From contig DATAWK010000036.1 in NCBI GenBank assembly GCA_036267255.1, positions 35,546 through 99,545 on the forward strand: 64,000 nt of DNA, in the 5' to 3' direction. Of this stretch, positions 11,219 through 21,325 are shown in pieces (within the stretch, counting starts at the first letter, position 1; each line of letters starts with the position of its first letter). The stretch comes from Acidobacteriaceae bacterium (lineage in GTDB: Bacteria; Acidobacteriota; Terriglobia; Terriglobales; Acidobacteriaceae). The notes under the pieces are model-generated. The model did not search any database, was not told where the DNA came from, and saw only the letters and a program-made list of their open reading frames with translations. The translations under genes and the position numbers were made by a program.

Positions 11219-14200
11219 AAATTGCCTGCGTCTGTTGCGGGCATCGGAGCCAGGTTGTTCCAGTTCAGAATGGCATTGAATACAAGAGGATAGCTCCCGA
11301 TCGTCTCTCCACGATAGACGGGATTGTTGGCGAACAGCAATACGTTTCCAGTTCCGAGATGGGCATCCACCACCGTCGCATGCTCGGCAAGATCTTTGCC
11401 ATGCGCCAATAATCCGGAGATCAACAGATTGTCTTTGTCCGCGTACCGCAGAATCACTTGCGGCCGCTCTGCCTGCGGAATGACATCCGGATTATTTCGC
11501 ATCTGCTCCTCATTCAATGGAACAGGTTGCCAGGGCCTCACGGTTGGAAGCGGCGGCGGCTTCGCGAAGGCGCGTCCCTCGGGAATGTCCTCATCGTCAG
11601 GTCCACCGCGGCCCGTGGGACGCTGATAACTCTCCGCCGTCACCAGATCCTGGCCCCCTGATACAAGATTGCTGACCTGAAAGGACATTCCATCCGCGCT
11701 ATAAACGGGCAACGTATCGGCGTAACCATAGGCGACAGGATCGTTCGGTTGCATGACGATGGTTTTCAAAACGCTTCCGACTACCTTCACATCTCCTTTT
11801 TTTGTGACAGAAACTCCGGGAGCCAGGCCTTCCTGAATTGCGAACGCTGCGGTGTCTTCCGATGTGATCAACAATCCGCCATTCTGCACAAATTGTTTCA
11901 GGTGTTCGACTCCGGAAAATCCCAACCCGGGTCGCGTATCGGGCGTGGAGTCAATCTTTCCTATGTTCGGCGTCAATGCCGTCGTTTGCCATGGCAGCGG
12001 ATTTCCCCACATCGGCAGTCCGTTGACGATCCGCCGCGCGCTGACGGGGCCATCGATAGGAGCAAACAGGATGACGTCATACTTGCTGCGCAGGTCCTCT
12101 TCCTTCGCCACAGTTTGCGTGTTGATATAGGCATACGGCACCTGCAGATTGTCGAGTGCCTCGCGCCACCAGCCCCCGGTCTGCGTGTCCAGCCAGGTGT
12201 GCATCACCGCGATCCGCGGAGTTCTCATGGCGTGCACATGCACCTGCGGCATCGCTGCCAGGCTATAAGCCTGCAGGTTCAAATTCTTGAGCGCTTGCTG
12301 CAATTGTTCCGCACTTACTTTCTGCAGTAAGAACGATCCCGCATGGAAGCTCTTTCCATCCGCAGTGAACGCAGCATCGGCAGCGGACATGTCCGCATCC
12401 TTCAGTGCAAAACGCAAAGTGATGAGAGAGGACTGCCCCGAATTGTCGATGACATACACAGGGCCGGAACCTTCCACCGTGCCTGCATCGGCGATCGGCT
12501 GGTCGAGCCGCTGCATGTCGGCTTTGAGAATGCTTGGGTCTGTCACGCGCACAACTTTGACGTTGAACAAGTCTCCGAAGGTCCAGGCAGTGTCATCGTA
12601 CGGATGTTTCTGTGGATCGTCCGGAGACCAATACTGCCGGTCGAGCAAGGTGTCAGCGATCCGGGAATACGGCTGATCCATACGAATGACATAGCTCCCG
12701 GTGGGAAAGGTGCGAGACGTGGTCTGAGATGCATCCGTTGGGGATGCATCCTTATCATCCTTGCCTTGGGCGCCGGCATCTTTCCGGGATGTTGCCTTCG
12801 CAACTGCTACCGTCACGGTCAACGGAGCTGTCGTCTTGCTGATCTCCACATGCTGCAGTTCGAGAATGTGTAAGAGCCGCGCCTGCCGATCGGCTTCGAG
12901 TGCATTTGCCGGCAGCACATAGGCCGCGGGGCCTGCATTCTCAGGTTTTTCAATCGACCGCTTACTTTTCAGATAGTAGTTATGCAAAAACAACTTATTG
13001 TTCTGGGCAAAGTAACTCAATGTCGATAGAAGCGCCGTTTCTTCGTAGTTATTGTTATCGCGCTGTGACCATAACACCTTCGGCAGTGGCGGATTGGGCC
13101 TGTACCAGGTGCGCGCATAGTCGTCGGGATCCAGAATACGCTCCTCTGTATCGGCCCCATCGTTGCCAAAGGTTTCATAGAGCCGGCTGATGCCGTTATG
13201 CATCGTAGCCATAAACATCAGATATCCCGGGCTCCAGGTATCAAATTCCCCATGCGTAAAAACACCGGGCATGCCGAATTTCGTCATCTGTCCGACGTTG
13301 TTCCAGCCCAGCATGGCCCATTCCGTGCTTAGCATGGGGTCAACCCATGCGTTGTAGGGTCCATCTCCCACCGTATTGTCGTAGAGGAATGGCACGGACT
13401 CATGCAGATCGTGCAATACCTGCGCATGCCAGCCTAGATAGGTATTCAAAACATTGCGGCTCAGGTCGAGCGTCAAGGCCATGGCGTCGCGATTGTTGTC
13501 GTGGGCAACATAGTGTCCCCAATACATCAATTGCGGCCAGTTTTCTCCGGGATGCGCCAGGTGCCATTTATAGATATCGACCATGCGGTCGCGGCCATCG
13601 ACTTCCACAACCGGCGTGATAAGCGTAATGACGTGGGAACGAATGTTTTGAATATACGGAGCATCATCGACGGCTAATCGATACGCCAGTTCCATCAGGG
13701 CGGTCGGTGCTCCTGTCTCCGTTGAGTGGATGGTTCCGGTGATGTAATAGACCGGCGTCGACTCAGCAACCAGCTTGTCCGCAGTCGCATCGTTCATGCC
13801 AATCGTCCGCGGATCGGCCAGCTGGGCCAGGCGCGCATCGTTCGCTTTCAGGTTGGCCAGAAGAGATTCGTCGGCGATGGCAACGGCAATCATCTCTCGA
13901 CCTTCTTCGGTATGGCCAATCGTAAATACTTTGACACGTGGGCTGGCAGCGGCCAGCATGCGGAAATATTTGTAGACGTCCTCGGCATAGGGCAGCATAT
14001 CGGGTGCGCCGGAGACATCTCCCAGCACCTTGGCCGGAGTAGGCACGGTATTCGATGCCGGCAGATAGTCCGTCAATGGAGAATTAAAGTAAGGCTCGGT
14101 CGTATATTTCGCGATGTGCGCCGTGTACGTCGCATCCACGGGCTGTTTTGCATCGCGCGCCCAGGCATTTTGCGCATGCGCCGGAGATCCGCTCAACAGT

Positions 14201-14271
14201 AAGGAACAGGCAACGATTCCACAGAGGAAAAGCAGCGCTTTTACGCGCAAACGATAGACGTCGTGCCTCAT
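11209..14271 (-). CDS. Large secreted M14-family metallocarboxypeptidase-like protein
   Basis: ORF 11209..14457 trimmed to the ATG at 14271 (signal peptide MRHDVYRLRVKALLFLCGIVACSLLLSGSPAHA). GTIHSTETGAPTALMELAYRL carries the M14 H-x-x-E zinc motif. Confidence 0.75.
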   Translation of the reverse strand: MRHDVYRLRVKALLFLCGIVACSLLLSGSPAHAQNAWARDAKQPVDATYTAHIAKYTTEPYFNSPLTDYLPASNTVPTPAKVLGDVSGAPDMLPYAEDVYKYFRMLAAASPRVKVFTIGHTEEGREMIAVAIADESLLANLKANDARLAQLADPRTIGMNDATADKLVAESTPVYYITGTIHSTETGAPTALMELAYRLAVDDAPYIQNIRSHVITLITPVVEVDGRDRMVDIYKWHLAHPGENWPQLMYWGHYVAHDNNRDAMALTLDLSRNVLNTYLGWHAQVLHDLHESVPFLYDNTVGDGPYNAWVDPMLSTEWAMLGWNNVGQMTKFGMPGVFTHGEFDTWSPGYLMFMATMHNGISRLYETFGNDGADTEERILDPDDYARTWYRPNPPLPKVLWSQRDNNNYEETALLSTLSYFAQNNKLFLHNYYLKSKRSIEKPENAGPAAYVLPANALEADRQARLLHILELQHVEISKTTAPLTVTVAVAKATSRKDAGAQGKDDKDASPTDASQTTSRTFPTGSYVIRMDQPYSRIADTLLDRQYWSPDDPQKHPYDDTAWTFGDLFNVKVVRVTDPSILKADMQRLDQPIADAGTVEGSGPVYVIDNSGQSSLITLRFALKDADMSAADAAFTADGKSFHAGSFLLQKVSAEQLQQALKNLNLQAYSLAAMPQVHVHAMRTPRIAVMHTWLDTQTGGWWREALDNLQVPYAYINTQTVAKEEDLRSKYDVILFAPIDGPVSARRIVNGLPMWGNPLPWQTTALTPNIGKIDSTPDTRPGLGFSGVEHLKQFVQNGGLLITSEDTAAFAIQEGLAPGVSVTKKGDVKVVGSVLKTIVMQPNDPVAYGYADTLPVYSADGMSFQVSNLVSGGQDLVTAESYQRPTGRGGPDDEDIPEGRAFAKPPPLPTVRPWQPVPLNEEQMRNNPDVIPQAERPQVILRYADKDNLLISGLLAHGKDLAEHATVVDAHLGTGNVLLFANNPVYRGETIGSYPLVFNAILNWNNLAPMPATDAGNLHP

Positions 14272-14547
14272 TCCAATCGACCCCCAAAAGATGTTGTTAA
14301 GTTTTCGGATATTCGCTGGCTGTTGTTGCCGGGAAGATTTGATTCTGGTTGATAAGAATATCAGAAGAAATTTTCTGGCTTCCGGAGATACGGATGGCTT
14401 GAGGCGAGCCGACCCGACCGAAACGGCTGCACGGAAAAACCGCAACCTTGCGTGCACCCGAAATCATTTATGATGGCTGCGTTTGCCAACCTGCGAAGCT
14501 GTATTCATATTGCCTGCAGAAACGCTAAAGACTCTGGAGAATATTCC

Positions 14548-16149
14548 ATGCGGATGGAAGATGTTGCACGAAGAGAATTTCTGAAACTTGCTGGATTTGG
14601 CATTGCAGGATCTGCGGTAGGAACATCACCGCAACATGGGGTCGCTACCGCAATGGCGGGCAGTTTCAATGTCCGATCGTACGGGGCAACCGGCGATGGC
14701 GCAACGCTGGACACCGCATCGGTGAACAAAGCCATCGAGACCGCAGCAACCGCTGGAGGTGGAACCGTATATTTTCCAGCTGGAAACTATCTTTGCTACT
14801 CCATTCATCTCAAAAGCCACGTCACGCTCTATCTGGATCAGGGAGCGACCATCCTCGCGGCGGACTCACCGGAGGAAGGCAGTAGCAGCATCGGCGATCG
14901 ATATGATCTTGCCGAATCCAATGCGCCGTGGGAAAGCTATCAGGACTATGGGCACAACCACTGGCATAACAGCCTTCTCTGGGGCGAGGGTCTGACCAAC
15001 GTATCGATTCAAGGATCGGGACTGATCTGGGGGCGCGGACTCAGCAAAGGCTGGGGGCCCGGGCCAAAAGCGGAAGGCCCCGGCGTCGGCAACAAGTCCA
15101 TCGCGCTCAAGAACTGCCGCAATGTTTTGCTGCGCGACTTTTCGATTTTGAAAGGCGGCCACTTTGGCATCCTCGCCACGGGCGTGGATAACCTGACCAT
15201 CGACAACCTGATCATCGACACCGATCGCGACGGCATGGACATTGACTGTTGCCGCAACGTACGCGTTTCCAATTGCACGGTGAACTCGCCCTGGGACGAT
15301 GGCATTTGTCCGAAAAGTTCGTATGCACTGGGCTATGCTCGCGCAACCGAGATGGTCACCATAACCAATTGCTTTGTAACTGGGACCTACCAGTTGGGAA
15401 CTTTGCTGGATGGAAGCTTTAAGAAATTCGGTCCGGACGATCACGCTTACCGCACCGGGCGCATCAAGCTGGGAACCGAGTCGAATGGCGGCTTCAAGAA
15501 CATCACGATCTCCAATTGCGTCTTTGAAGGCTGTCAGGGCCTGGCTCTGGAAACAGAGGATGGCGCCTTGCTGGAAGATGTCAGCATTACCAACATCACC
15601 ATGCGAGACATTTCGAGCGCACCCATATTTTTTCGGCTCGGCAGCAGAATGCGTGGGCCAAAAGGAGTGCCGGTTGGGCAGCTACGACGAATCATTCTGA
15701 ATAATATTGTCTGCTCCAATGCATATTCCAAATTCGGCTCGATTCTCAGCGGCATTCCCGGACACTGCATTGAAGACGTTCAGATGAGTAACATCTACAT
15801 TCAGCACCAGGGCGGAGGAACTGTCGAACAAGCGGCCATCCAGCCGCCGGAACTGGAAAGCGGCTACCCGGACCCAAAGATGTTTGGCCCCATCCCGGCG
15901 CAGGGATTCTACCTGCGACACATACGCAACCTCGACATGAGTCACATTGAAATTGCAGCGATGCAGCCCGACCATCGCCCTGCATTTGTGCTCGACGACG
16001 TACAAGGAGCCGACTTTCTTCGCATTCGCACCCAACAGCTACCGGGCAGTCCAGTGTTTGATTTGCATAACGTCAAAGATGTTCATGTCGATCTAAGTCG
16101 AGGCGTGACGGATACGAACATCGACGAAGCCAGCCACAGAACCTTATGA
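14548..16149 (+). CDS. Tat-exported glycoside hydrolase family 28 (polygalacturonase-like, right-handed beta-helix)
   Basis: ORF 14452..16149 trimmed to the ATG at 14548 (GGAGA RBS upstream). The twin-arginine motif is ARREFLKLAG. FNVRSYGATGDGATLDT, DRDGMDIDCCRNV and WDDGICPKSS are GH28/pectate-lyase-fold signatures. Confidence 0.8.
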   Translation: MRMEDVARREFLKLAGFGIAGSAVGTSPQHGVATAMAGSFNVRSYGATGDGATLDTASVNKAIETAATAGGGTVYFPAGNYLCYSIHLKSHVTLYLDQGATILAADSPEEGSSSIGDRYDLAESNAPWESYQDYGHNHWHNSLLWGEGLTNVSIQGSGLIWGRGLSKGWGPGPKAEGPGVGNKSIALKNCRNVLLRDFSILKGGHFGILATGVDNLTIDNLIIDTDRDGMDIDCCRNVRVSNCTVNSPWDDGICPKSSYALGYARATEMVTITNCFVTGTYQLGTLLDGSFKKFGPDDHAYRTGRIKLGTESNGGFKNITISNCVFEGCQGLALETEDGALLEDVSITNITMRDISSAPIFFRLGSRMRGPKGVPVGQLRRIILNNIVCSNAYSKFGSILSGIPGHCIEDVQMSNIYIQHQGGGTVEQAAIQPPELESGYPDPKMFGPIPAQGFYLRHIRNLDMSHIEIAAMQPDHRPAFVLDDVQGADFLRIRTQQLPGSPVFDLHNVKDVHVDLSRGVTDTNIDEASHRTL

Positions 16150-16336
16150 ACCAAGGCGATATTGTCCTCCTTCGTATTGCGGTATCGCTTCTATCCGCCA
16201 CCGGATATGGCGCCGGTTCCCGGCATGCTAAATAACTGTTGTAGGGCCTATTGCTGGGATGCTAGTCTACGCGCCAGTAAACGTCGCAGTCCGACGGTTG
16301 TAGAAAAGCTGGCATACGGTTGTAAGGAGAATCGAT

Positions 16337-16975
16337 ATGAAATTACTCAAATCCAGGTTTATGGCTATCGCCATCTTAGCCGCACTGGTGATGGCAGCCC
16401 CAATCGTCGCATCTGCAAGCAGCCAGGCAGATCAGAGCTCCACAACAGCCACCACAACCAAAACCAAGAAGAAGTCAAAAAAAGCAAAAGCCGACGCCGA
16501 TAGCACGACAGCCTCCACCACAAAGAAGGCCAAGACCGAAAAGGCCTCTTCCGAAGCCAAGACCGAATCCACGGCAAAGAAGAGTAAGGCAAAAACAGAA
16601 AAGGCCGCTGCCGATACTACGACAGCCGCAAAGACCACAAAACGGTCTTCAAAGAAAGCTGCAAAAGAAACTGCCGCCAGCACTACCAGCAGTCCTTCTA
16701 CTACAAGCACGCCAGTAGCGAAACCGTCGGCAGCGACCGAGTCAGCGTCGACAAGTAAGCCAACAAGTTCCCGCGCTGAGACGGCAAAAAGCAGGCCTGC
16801 CGAGGCGGCTTCCACCACCGCGCAAAAACCGCCTGCACCTGGAATGGTCTGGGTGAATACGTCGAGCGGCATCTACCATACCAGTGGGAAATATTACGGA
16901 AATACAAAGCAGGGCAAGTGGATGACAGAGGCCGACGCAACGAAAGCCGGTTATAAAAAAGCGGCCAGAGAGTAA
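16337..16975 (+). CDS. Secreted Lys/Thr/Ala/Ser-rich low-complexity protein with a conserved ~40-aa C-terminal module
   Basis: AAGGAGA RBS. The signal peptide MKLLKSRFMAIAILAALVMAAPIVASA is followed by about 150 aa of K/T/A/S repeats and then VWVNTSSGIYHTSGKYYGNTKQGKWMTEADATKAGYKKA. A terminator follows. Confidence 0.7.
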   Translation: MKLLKSRFMAIAILAALVMAAPIVASASSQADQSSTTATTTKTKKKSKKAKADADSTTASTTKKAKTEKASSEAKTESTAKKSKAKTEKAAADTTTAAKTTKRSSKKAAKETAASTTSSPSTTSTPVAKPSAATESASTSKPTSSRAETAKSRPAEAASTTAQKPPAPGMVWVNTSSGIYHTSGKYYGNTKQGKWMTEADATKAGYKKAARE

Positions 16976-17014
16976 TTTCTGCGTAGCTTTCTATTTCGGC
17001 CGATGGGCTGAATT

Positions 17015-17052
17015 CGGCGGATGGGCTGAACCTCATCCGCCGTTTTATTTTT
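17015..17052 (+). terminator. Rho-independent terminator
   Basis: Stem CGGCGGATG (17015-17023) pairs with CATCCGCCG (17034-17042), followed by TTTTATTTTT. Confidence 0.75.
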
Positions 17053-17174
17053 GCGGAAGTTTTCCTGCGGACATACGGCTTCGACGGATCGTTGAAGGCG
17101 CTGACTCACTGCCGAACCTGCTGTGGTAGCATCGCGATCATACCCCCCTACGAACTGTTTTACGTTCCAACAAT

Positions 17175-19034
17175 ATGATCCTGAATCGGCGCCGCTTTTT
17201 TTCCGTCTGCTCCCGTCTTGGTTTCGCTTCCACTCTTTTACCCGGCGTGTTGTACACCCTGGCTGCACAGGCGCAGGACCAGGCAGATGGCAATGCACTG
17301 CCAGCCATTACCCCGGAGATGATCGAGCAAGCCGCGGCACTGGCCGATGTGCCGATTGCTCCCGCCCAGATCACGATGATGCTGGAAGGTCTGAACCACC
17401 AGCGCACCGGATACACGGCGATTCGCCGACTGCATTTGGCCAACCATGTACCACCGGCCTATGTTTTTGATCCTTTGCCGCCGGGCGCAGTTGTCCACAC
17501 ACAACGGGAGCCTGCCATTCTGAGCGCACCTCCTGTGATTGCCACCAAAGCACCGCGGAACCTGGAAGATCTGGCCTTCGCTACGATTCCTGTGCTGGCG
17601 GAATATGTGCGCACCAAAAAAATTTCTTCTCTTGCGTTGACGGAGATGTACCTGGAACGGCTGAAGCGCTACGACTCGAAGTTACATTTCGTCATCACGT
17701 TAACGGAAGCGCGCGCGCTGGCCAAGGCAAAGGAAGCCGATGCGGAGATTGCCGCTGGCCGCTACCGTGGGCCGCTGCACGGTCTGCCCTGGGGAGCCAA
17801 GGATTTGCTGGCTGTGAAGGGCTATCCCACAACGTGGGGCGCTGGCGGTTTTGAACATCAAAATTTTCCGGAAGATGCCACAGTGGTGCAGCGACTGGAT
17901 GCCGCAGGTGCCGTGCTGGTGGCGAAAACGACGCTGGGCGCACTGGCCAGCGGCGATAAATGGTTCGGCGGCCGCACGCGCAATCCGTGGAATCCGGCGC
18001 AGGGATCGAGCGGATCGTCGGCTGGTTCAGCTTCCGCCACGGCGGCCGGTTGCGTGGCCTTTGCCATTGGCTCGGAGACACTCGGTTCCATCTCTTCGCC
18101 ATCGACACGCTGCGGCGACACCGGCCTGCGGCCCAGCTTCGGGCTGATACCACGCACGGGAGCGATGGCGCTGTCGTGGACCATGGACAAGCTGGGTCCC
18201 ATCTGCCGCGCGGTAGAAGATTGTGCGATTGTGCTGGGTGCGATTTATGGACCAGATGGAAAAGACCTGGCCACGCGGGATGCCGCTTTCAACTGGAATG
18301 CAAATTTCGATTGGCGCAGTTTGCGTGTCGGCTATTTGAAGACATCGTTCGATCTGCCTCCGATGGTCGATCCAACCATTCCTTCGGGACTCAATGACGA
18401 ACAGCGCACTAAATATGAACAACATATTTTCGATCAGCAGGCATCGCGTGCGCGCACTCTTTATGATCGCCGTTATGACAATGCCGCGCTGGACAAGCTG
18501 CGCAGCATGGGAGTGAACCTGATTGCCGTAGCGCTGCCGCAATTGCCCTACGGCGCAGTTTCGAACCTGTTGACGGCGGAGGCTGCTGCTGCCTTCGATG
18601 ACCTCACGCTCACCGGACGTGACAAGCTGCTGACACAGCAGGGACCGGAAGACTGGCCAAATCTTTTTCGCATTGCGCGTTTTTATCCGGCGGTGGAATA
18701 TATTCAGGCCAACCGTGTGCGCTCGTTGGCGATTCAATCTATGGCGCAGCTATTTGAGGCTGTGGATGTGATCGTGACAGCGACAGACAATGAACAACTG
18801 GTGACAACCAATCTGACCGGAAATCCCGCCATCATTGTGCCGAATGGTATTCGCGGCAAGGATGCGCCCGCGCCGCCCGCAGTCGACACCGGCGATGAAG
18901 ACAACATCGGTGGCCCGGGCACCCCCGTCAGCATTACGTTTATCGGCAACGTGTACCAGGACGCAAAGCTGGCCGCATTCGCGCGCGCCTATCAGGAAGC
19001 GACGGGCTTTCAGAAACTGCATCCGAAGCTGTAA
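17175..19034 (+). CDS. Tat-exported amidase-signature family enzyme
   Basis: The N-terminus MILNRRRFFSVCSRLGFAS is a twin-arginine signal. The amidase-signature region is GGRTRNPWNPAQGSSGSSAGSASATAAG, with GSETLGSISSPS following. Confidence 0.8.
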   Translation: MILNRRRFFSVCSRLGFASTLLPGVLYTLAAQAQDQADGNALPAITPEMIEQAAALADVPIAPAQITMMLEGLNHQRTGYTAIRRLHLANHVPPAYVFDPLPPGAVVHTQREPAILSAPPVIATKAPRNLEDLAFATIPVLAEYVRTKKISSLALTEMYLERLKRYDSKLHFVITLTEARALAKAKEADAEIAAGRYRGPLHGLPWGAKDLLAVKGYPTTWGAGGFEHQNFPEDATVVQRLDAAGAVLVAKTTLGALASGDKWFGGRTRNPWNPAQGSSGSSAGSASATAAGCVAFAIGSETLGSISSPSTRCGDTGLRPSFGLIPRTGAMALSWTMDKLGPICRAVEDCAIVLGAIYGPDGKDLATRDAAFNWNANFDWRSLRVGYLKTSFDLPPMVDPTIPSGLNDEQRTKYEQHIFDQQASRARTLYDRRYDNAALDKLRSMGVNLIAVALPQLPYGAVSNLLTAEAAAAFDDLTLTGRDKLLTQQGPEDWPNLFRIARFYPAVEYIQANRVRSLAIQSMAQLFEAVDVIVTATDNEQLVTTNLTGNPAIIVPNGIRGKDAPAPPAVDTGDEDNIGGPGTPVSITFIGNVYQDAKLAAFARAYQEATGFQKLHPKL

Positions 19035-19065
19035 GCCGGATCGGCATGGATGGTACGATGCGGGC

Positions 19066-19887
19066 ATGCCGCTGATTGAAATCGAAGGCCTGACAAAGAG
19101 TTACGACGTCACCGGGAAACGTCAGCGCAGCGTGGTTGTCGATCACGTTTCCTTCCACATTGAGCGTGGAGAAACGCTCGGCCTGATCGGAGAATCCGGT
19201 TCCGGAAAAAGCACCATCGCACGGCTGCTGTTGCGGTTGATAGAACCGGACTCCGGGACCATTCGCTTCGATGGCACCGACCTGCTGGCTGCCACGGATC
19301 GGAAGATGCGCCAACTGCGGCGACGCATGCAGATCGTTTTCCAGGACCCCTATGCTGCGTTGAATCCGCGCATGCGCGTGGAACAGATTATTGGAGAACC
19401 GTTGATCATTCATAGCGCAGAGGAAAGCACGCTGCGCTCGACTGCGGCTCGCAAAGAACGCATTCGCGCCATGTTGCACGCCGTCGGCATGGACTCGTCG
19501 GCACTCGTGCGCTATCCGCATGAATTTTCCGGCGGTCAACGCCAGCGCATCAACATTGCACGCGCGCTGATTCTGCACCCGGAGCTTGTCGTGCTGGATG
19601 AACCGGTCTCAGCCCTCGACGTCAGTGTGGCGGCACAGATCATCACGCTGCTGCAGCAGTTGCAGCGGGAGTTTCATCTGACGTATCTCTTCATCACGCA
19701 CTCCATGCCGCTGGTGCGTTATCTGGCAGACCAGATTGTCGTGCTGCAACGCGGGCGCGTGGTAGAGCACGGCGGCTGGCAGAGAATCTGCGAACATCCG
19801 ACATCGCCGTACACACAGGCGCTGTTGTCCGCCATACCGGAGTTGCCGTATGCCAATCACGGCGATGCAAGCTCTGCCGCTCGGTAA
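19066..19887 (+). CDS. ABC transporter ATP-binding protein, Opp/Dpp F-type
   Basis: ORF 18835..19887 trimmed to the ATG at 19066 (MPLIEIEGLTKSY). Walker A is GESGSGKST, the signature is FSGGQRQR and Walker B is LVVLDEPVSALD. The C-terminal HPYTQALL motif is typical of oligopeptide/dipeptide ATPases. Confidence 0.85.
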   Translation: MPLIEIEGLTKSYDVTGKRQRSVVVDHVSFHIERGETLGLIGESGSGKSTIARLLLRLIEPDSGTIRFDGTDLLAATDRKMRQLRRRMQIVFQDPYAALNPRMRVEQIIGEPLIIHSAEESTLRSTAARKERIRAMLHAVGMDSSALVRYPHEFSGGQRQRINIARALILHPELVVLDEPVSALDVSVAAQIITLLQQLQREFHLTYLFITHSMPLVRYLADQIVVLQRGRVVEHGGWQRICEHPTSPYTQALLSAIPELPYANHGDASSAAR

Positions 19888-19920
19888 TATCCCCCGTAAA
19901 GCTGCGATGTTTCTGCAAGC

Positions 19921-20745
19921 ATGCGAGCTGTCGATGACTCGCCCGCTACAATCGAAATAATGCATTTTTCGGTTGTGCGTTCCCTTTGGCTGACCGCAGC
20001 AGCGTTTGTAGCGGGCGCGATCAATGCGATCGCCGGCGGAGGCTCTCTGCTGTCGTTTCCAGCGTTGCTGCATGTTGGCGTACTGCCCGTGCAGGCCAAC
20101 GCCACGAACACGGTCGCGTTGCTGCCGGGGCAATTCACCTCTGCCGCAGCGTACCGCAGGGAGCTGCGTCATCACCATTCCATGCTGCTGCCGTTACTGC
20201 TGGCCGCTTTTGCCGGTGGCCTGATCGGTGCGCGGCTGCTGATTGCGACGCCGCAAGGGCAATTCCTTCGACTTGTGCCGTGGCTGCTGCTGCTGGCCAC
20301 AGTGTTGTTTTCCGTTGGGCCGCCACTGCAAAAAAGATTTCTTCAAACAGCGCAGGTCCATCCACAACCCCATGGCCTGCGACCGATGGCGCGCATCCTT
20401 CTGCCGTTTGGTGTGTTTTTGGTCTGCCTTTATATCGGCTACTTTGGAGCAGGCGCTGGACTGTTAATCATGGGCACGTTGAGCTTTGCCGGGGTGGAAA
20501 GCGTGCATGAGATCAACGCGCTGAAGTCGGTGATTACCAGTGTGTCGAACAGTGTTGCCGCCATCACGTTTGTGATTTTTGGCGCGGTGCTGTGGCGCTA
20601 CGGCCTGACCATGATGCTCGCAGCCAGCATCGGCGGCTATCTAAGTGCGCATACAGCACGCAAGAGGCAGCCAAAAAGGTTGCGCATATTTATCATCCTG
20701 ATGGGCTGTACGGTCACAACCTATTTCTTCTGGAAGATTTATTGA
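19921..20745 (+). CDS. TSUP (TauE/SafE) family anion-exporter-like membrane protein
   Basis: Polytopic membrane protein with AGAINAIAGGGSLLSFPALL and a second GYFGAGAGLL repeat, typical of the TSUP family. An alternative start is the ATG at 19963. Confidence 0.75.
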   Translation: MRAVDDSPATIEIMHFSVVRSLWLTAAAFVAGAINAIAGGGSLLSFPALLHVGVLPVQANATNTVALLPGQFTSAAAYRRELRHHHSMLLPLLLAAFAGGLIGARLLIATPQGQFLRLVPWLLLLATVLFSVGPPLQKRFLQTAQVHPQPHGLRPMARILLPFGVFLVCLYIGYFGAGAGLLIMGTLSFAGVESVHEINALKSVITSVSNSVAAITFVIFGAVLWRYGLTMMLAASIGGYLSAHTARKRQPKRLRIFIILMGCTVTTYFFWKIY

Positions 20746-20811
20746 TGTTGCCGTTACGCATGGCAATGTTGGGGCATAGGAAGAAAACAGTAAAAGGTGT
20801 AGAAACGAAGT

Positions 20812-21246
20812 ATGAGCCACGAAGGAATCCGTTTCGTAAGCGAAGAGACGGCCCGCAAGGAAAATGCGAATTCCAAAGAGTTGCCGCGTGAGGCAACCGT
20901 GCCGCTCCATGTGCGTGTCCATAAGACCGAAGGCACAGGCGTCGAGATCGACTGGAAGGACGGCCATCACAGCCAATGGAGTTTTGCGTGGCTGCGCGAT
21001 GCCTGCCCTTGCGCCACCTGCAACGAAGAACGGGAGAATGAAGATCGCCAGCCGGGACAGCCCAGGCCGAAGCCGGCAAATCTGCTGCCCATGTACAAAG
21101 CTCCTGTGCAGCCGGACAAGATAAATCCAGTAGGCCGGTATGCCATCAGCTTTGACTGGAATGACGGCCACCACAGCGGCATTTTTTCCTGGGATTATCT
21201 GCGCCGCGTCTGCCAGTGCGACGAGTGTGTCCCGAGCAAAAGCTGA
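20812..21246 (+). CDS. DUF971 (gamma-butyrobetaine hydroxylase N-terminal-like) protein
   Basis: Two repeats of the DUF971 pattern (VEIDWKDGHHSQWSFAWLRDACPCATC and YAISFDWNDGHHSGIFSWDYLRRVCQCDEC). Confidence 0.75.
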   Translation: MSHEGIRFVSEETARKENANSKELPREATVPLHVRVHKTEGTGVEIDWKDGHHSQWSFAWLRDACPCATCNEERENEDRQPGQPRPKPANLLPMYKAPVQPDKINPVGRYAISFDWNDGHHSGIFSWDYLRRVCQCDECVPSKS

Positions 21247-21325
21247 ATCGAAAGACGCTATCCACGATGTCAGACGATGGATGTCGATCTGTTACTGTCG
21301 ATCCTGATCGCGAATTCCGCGCACT

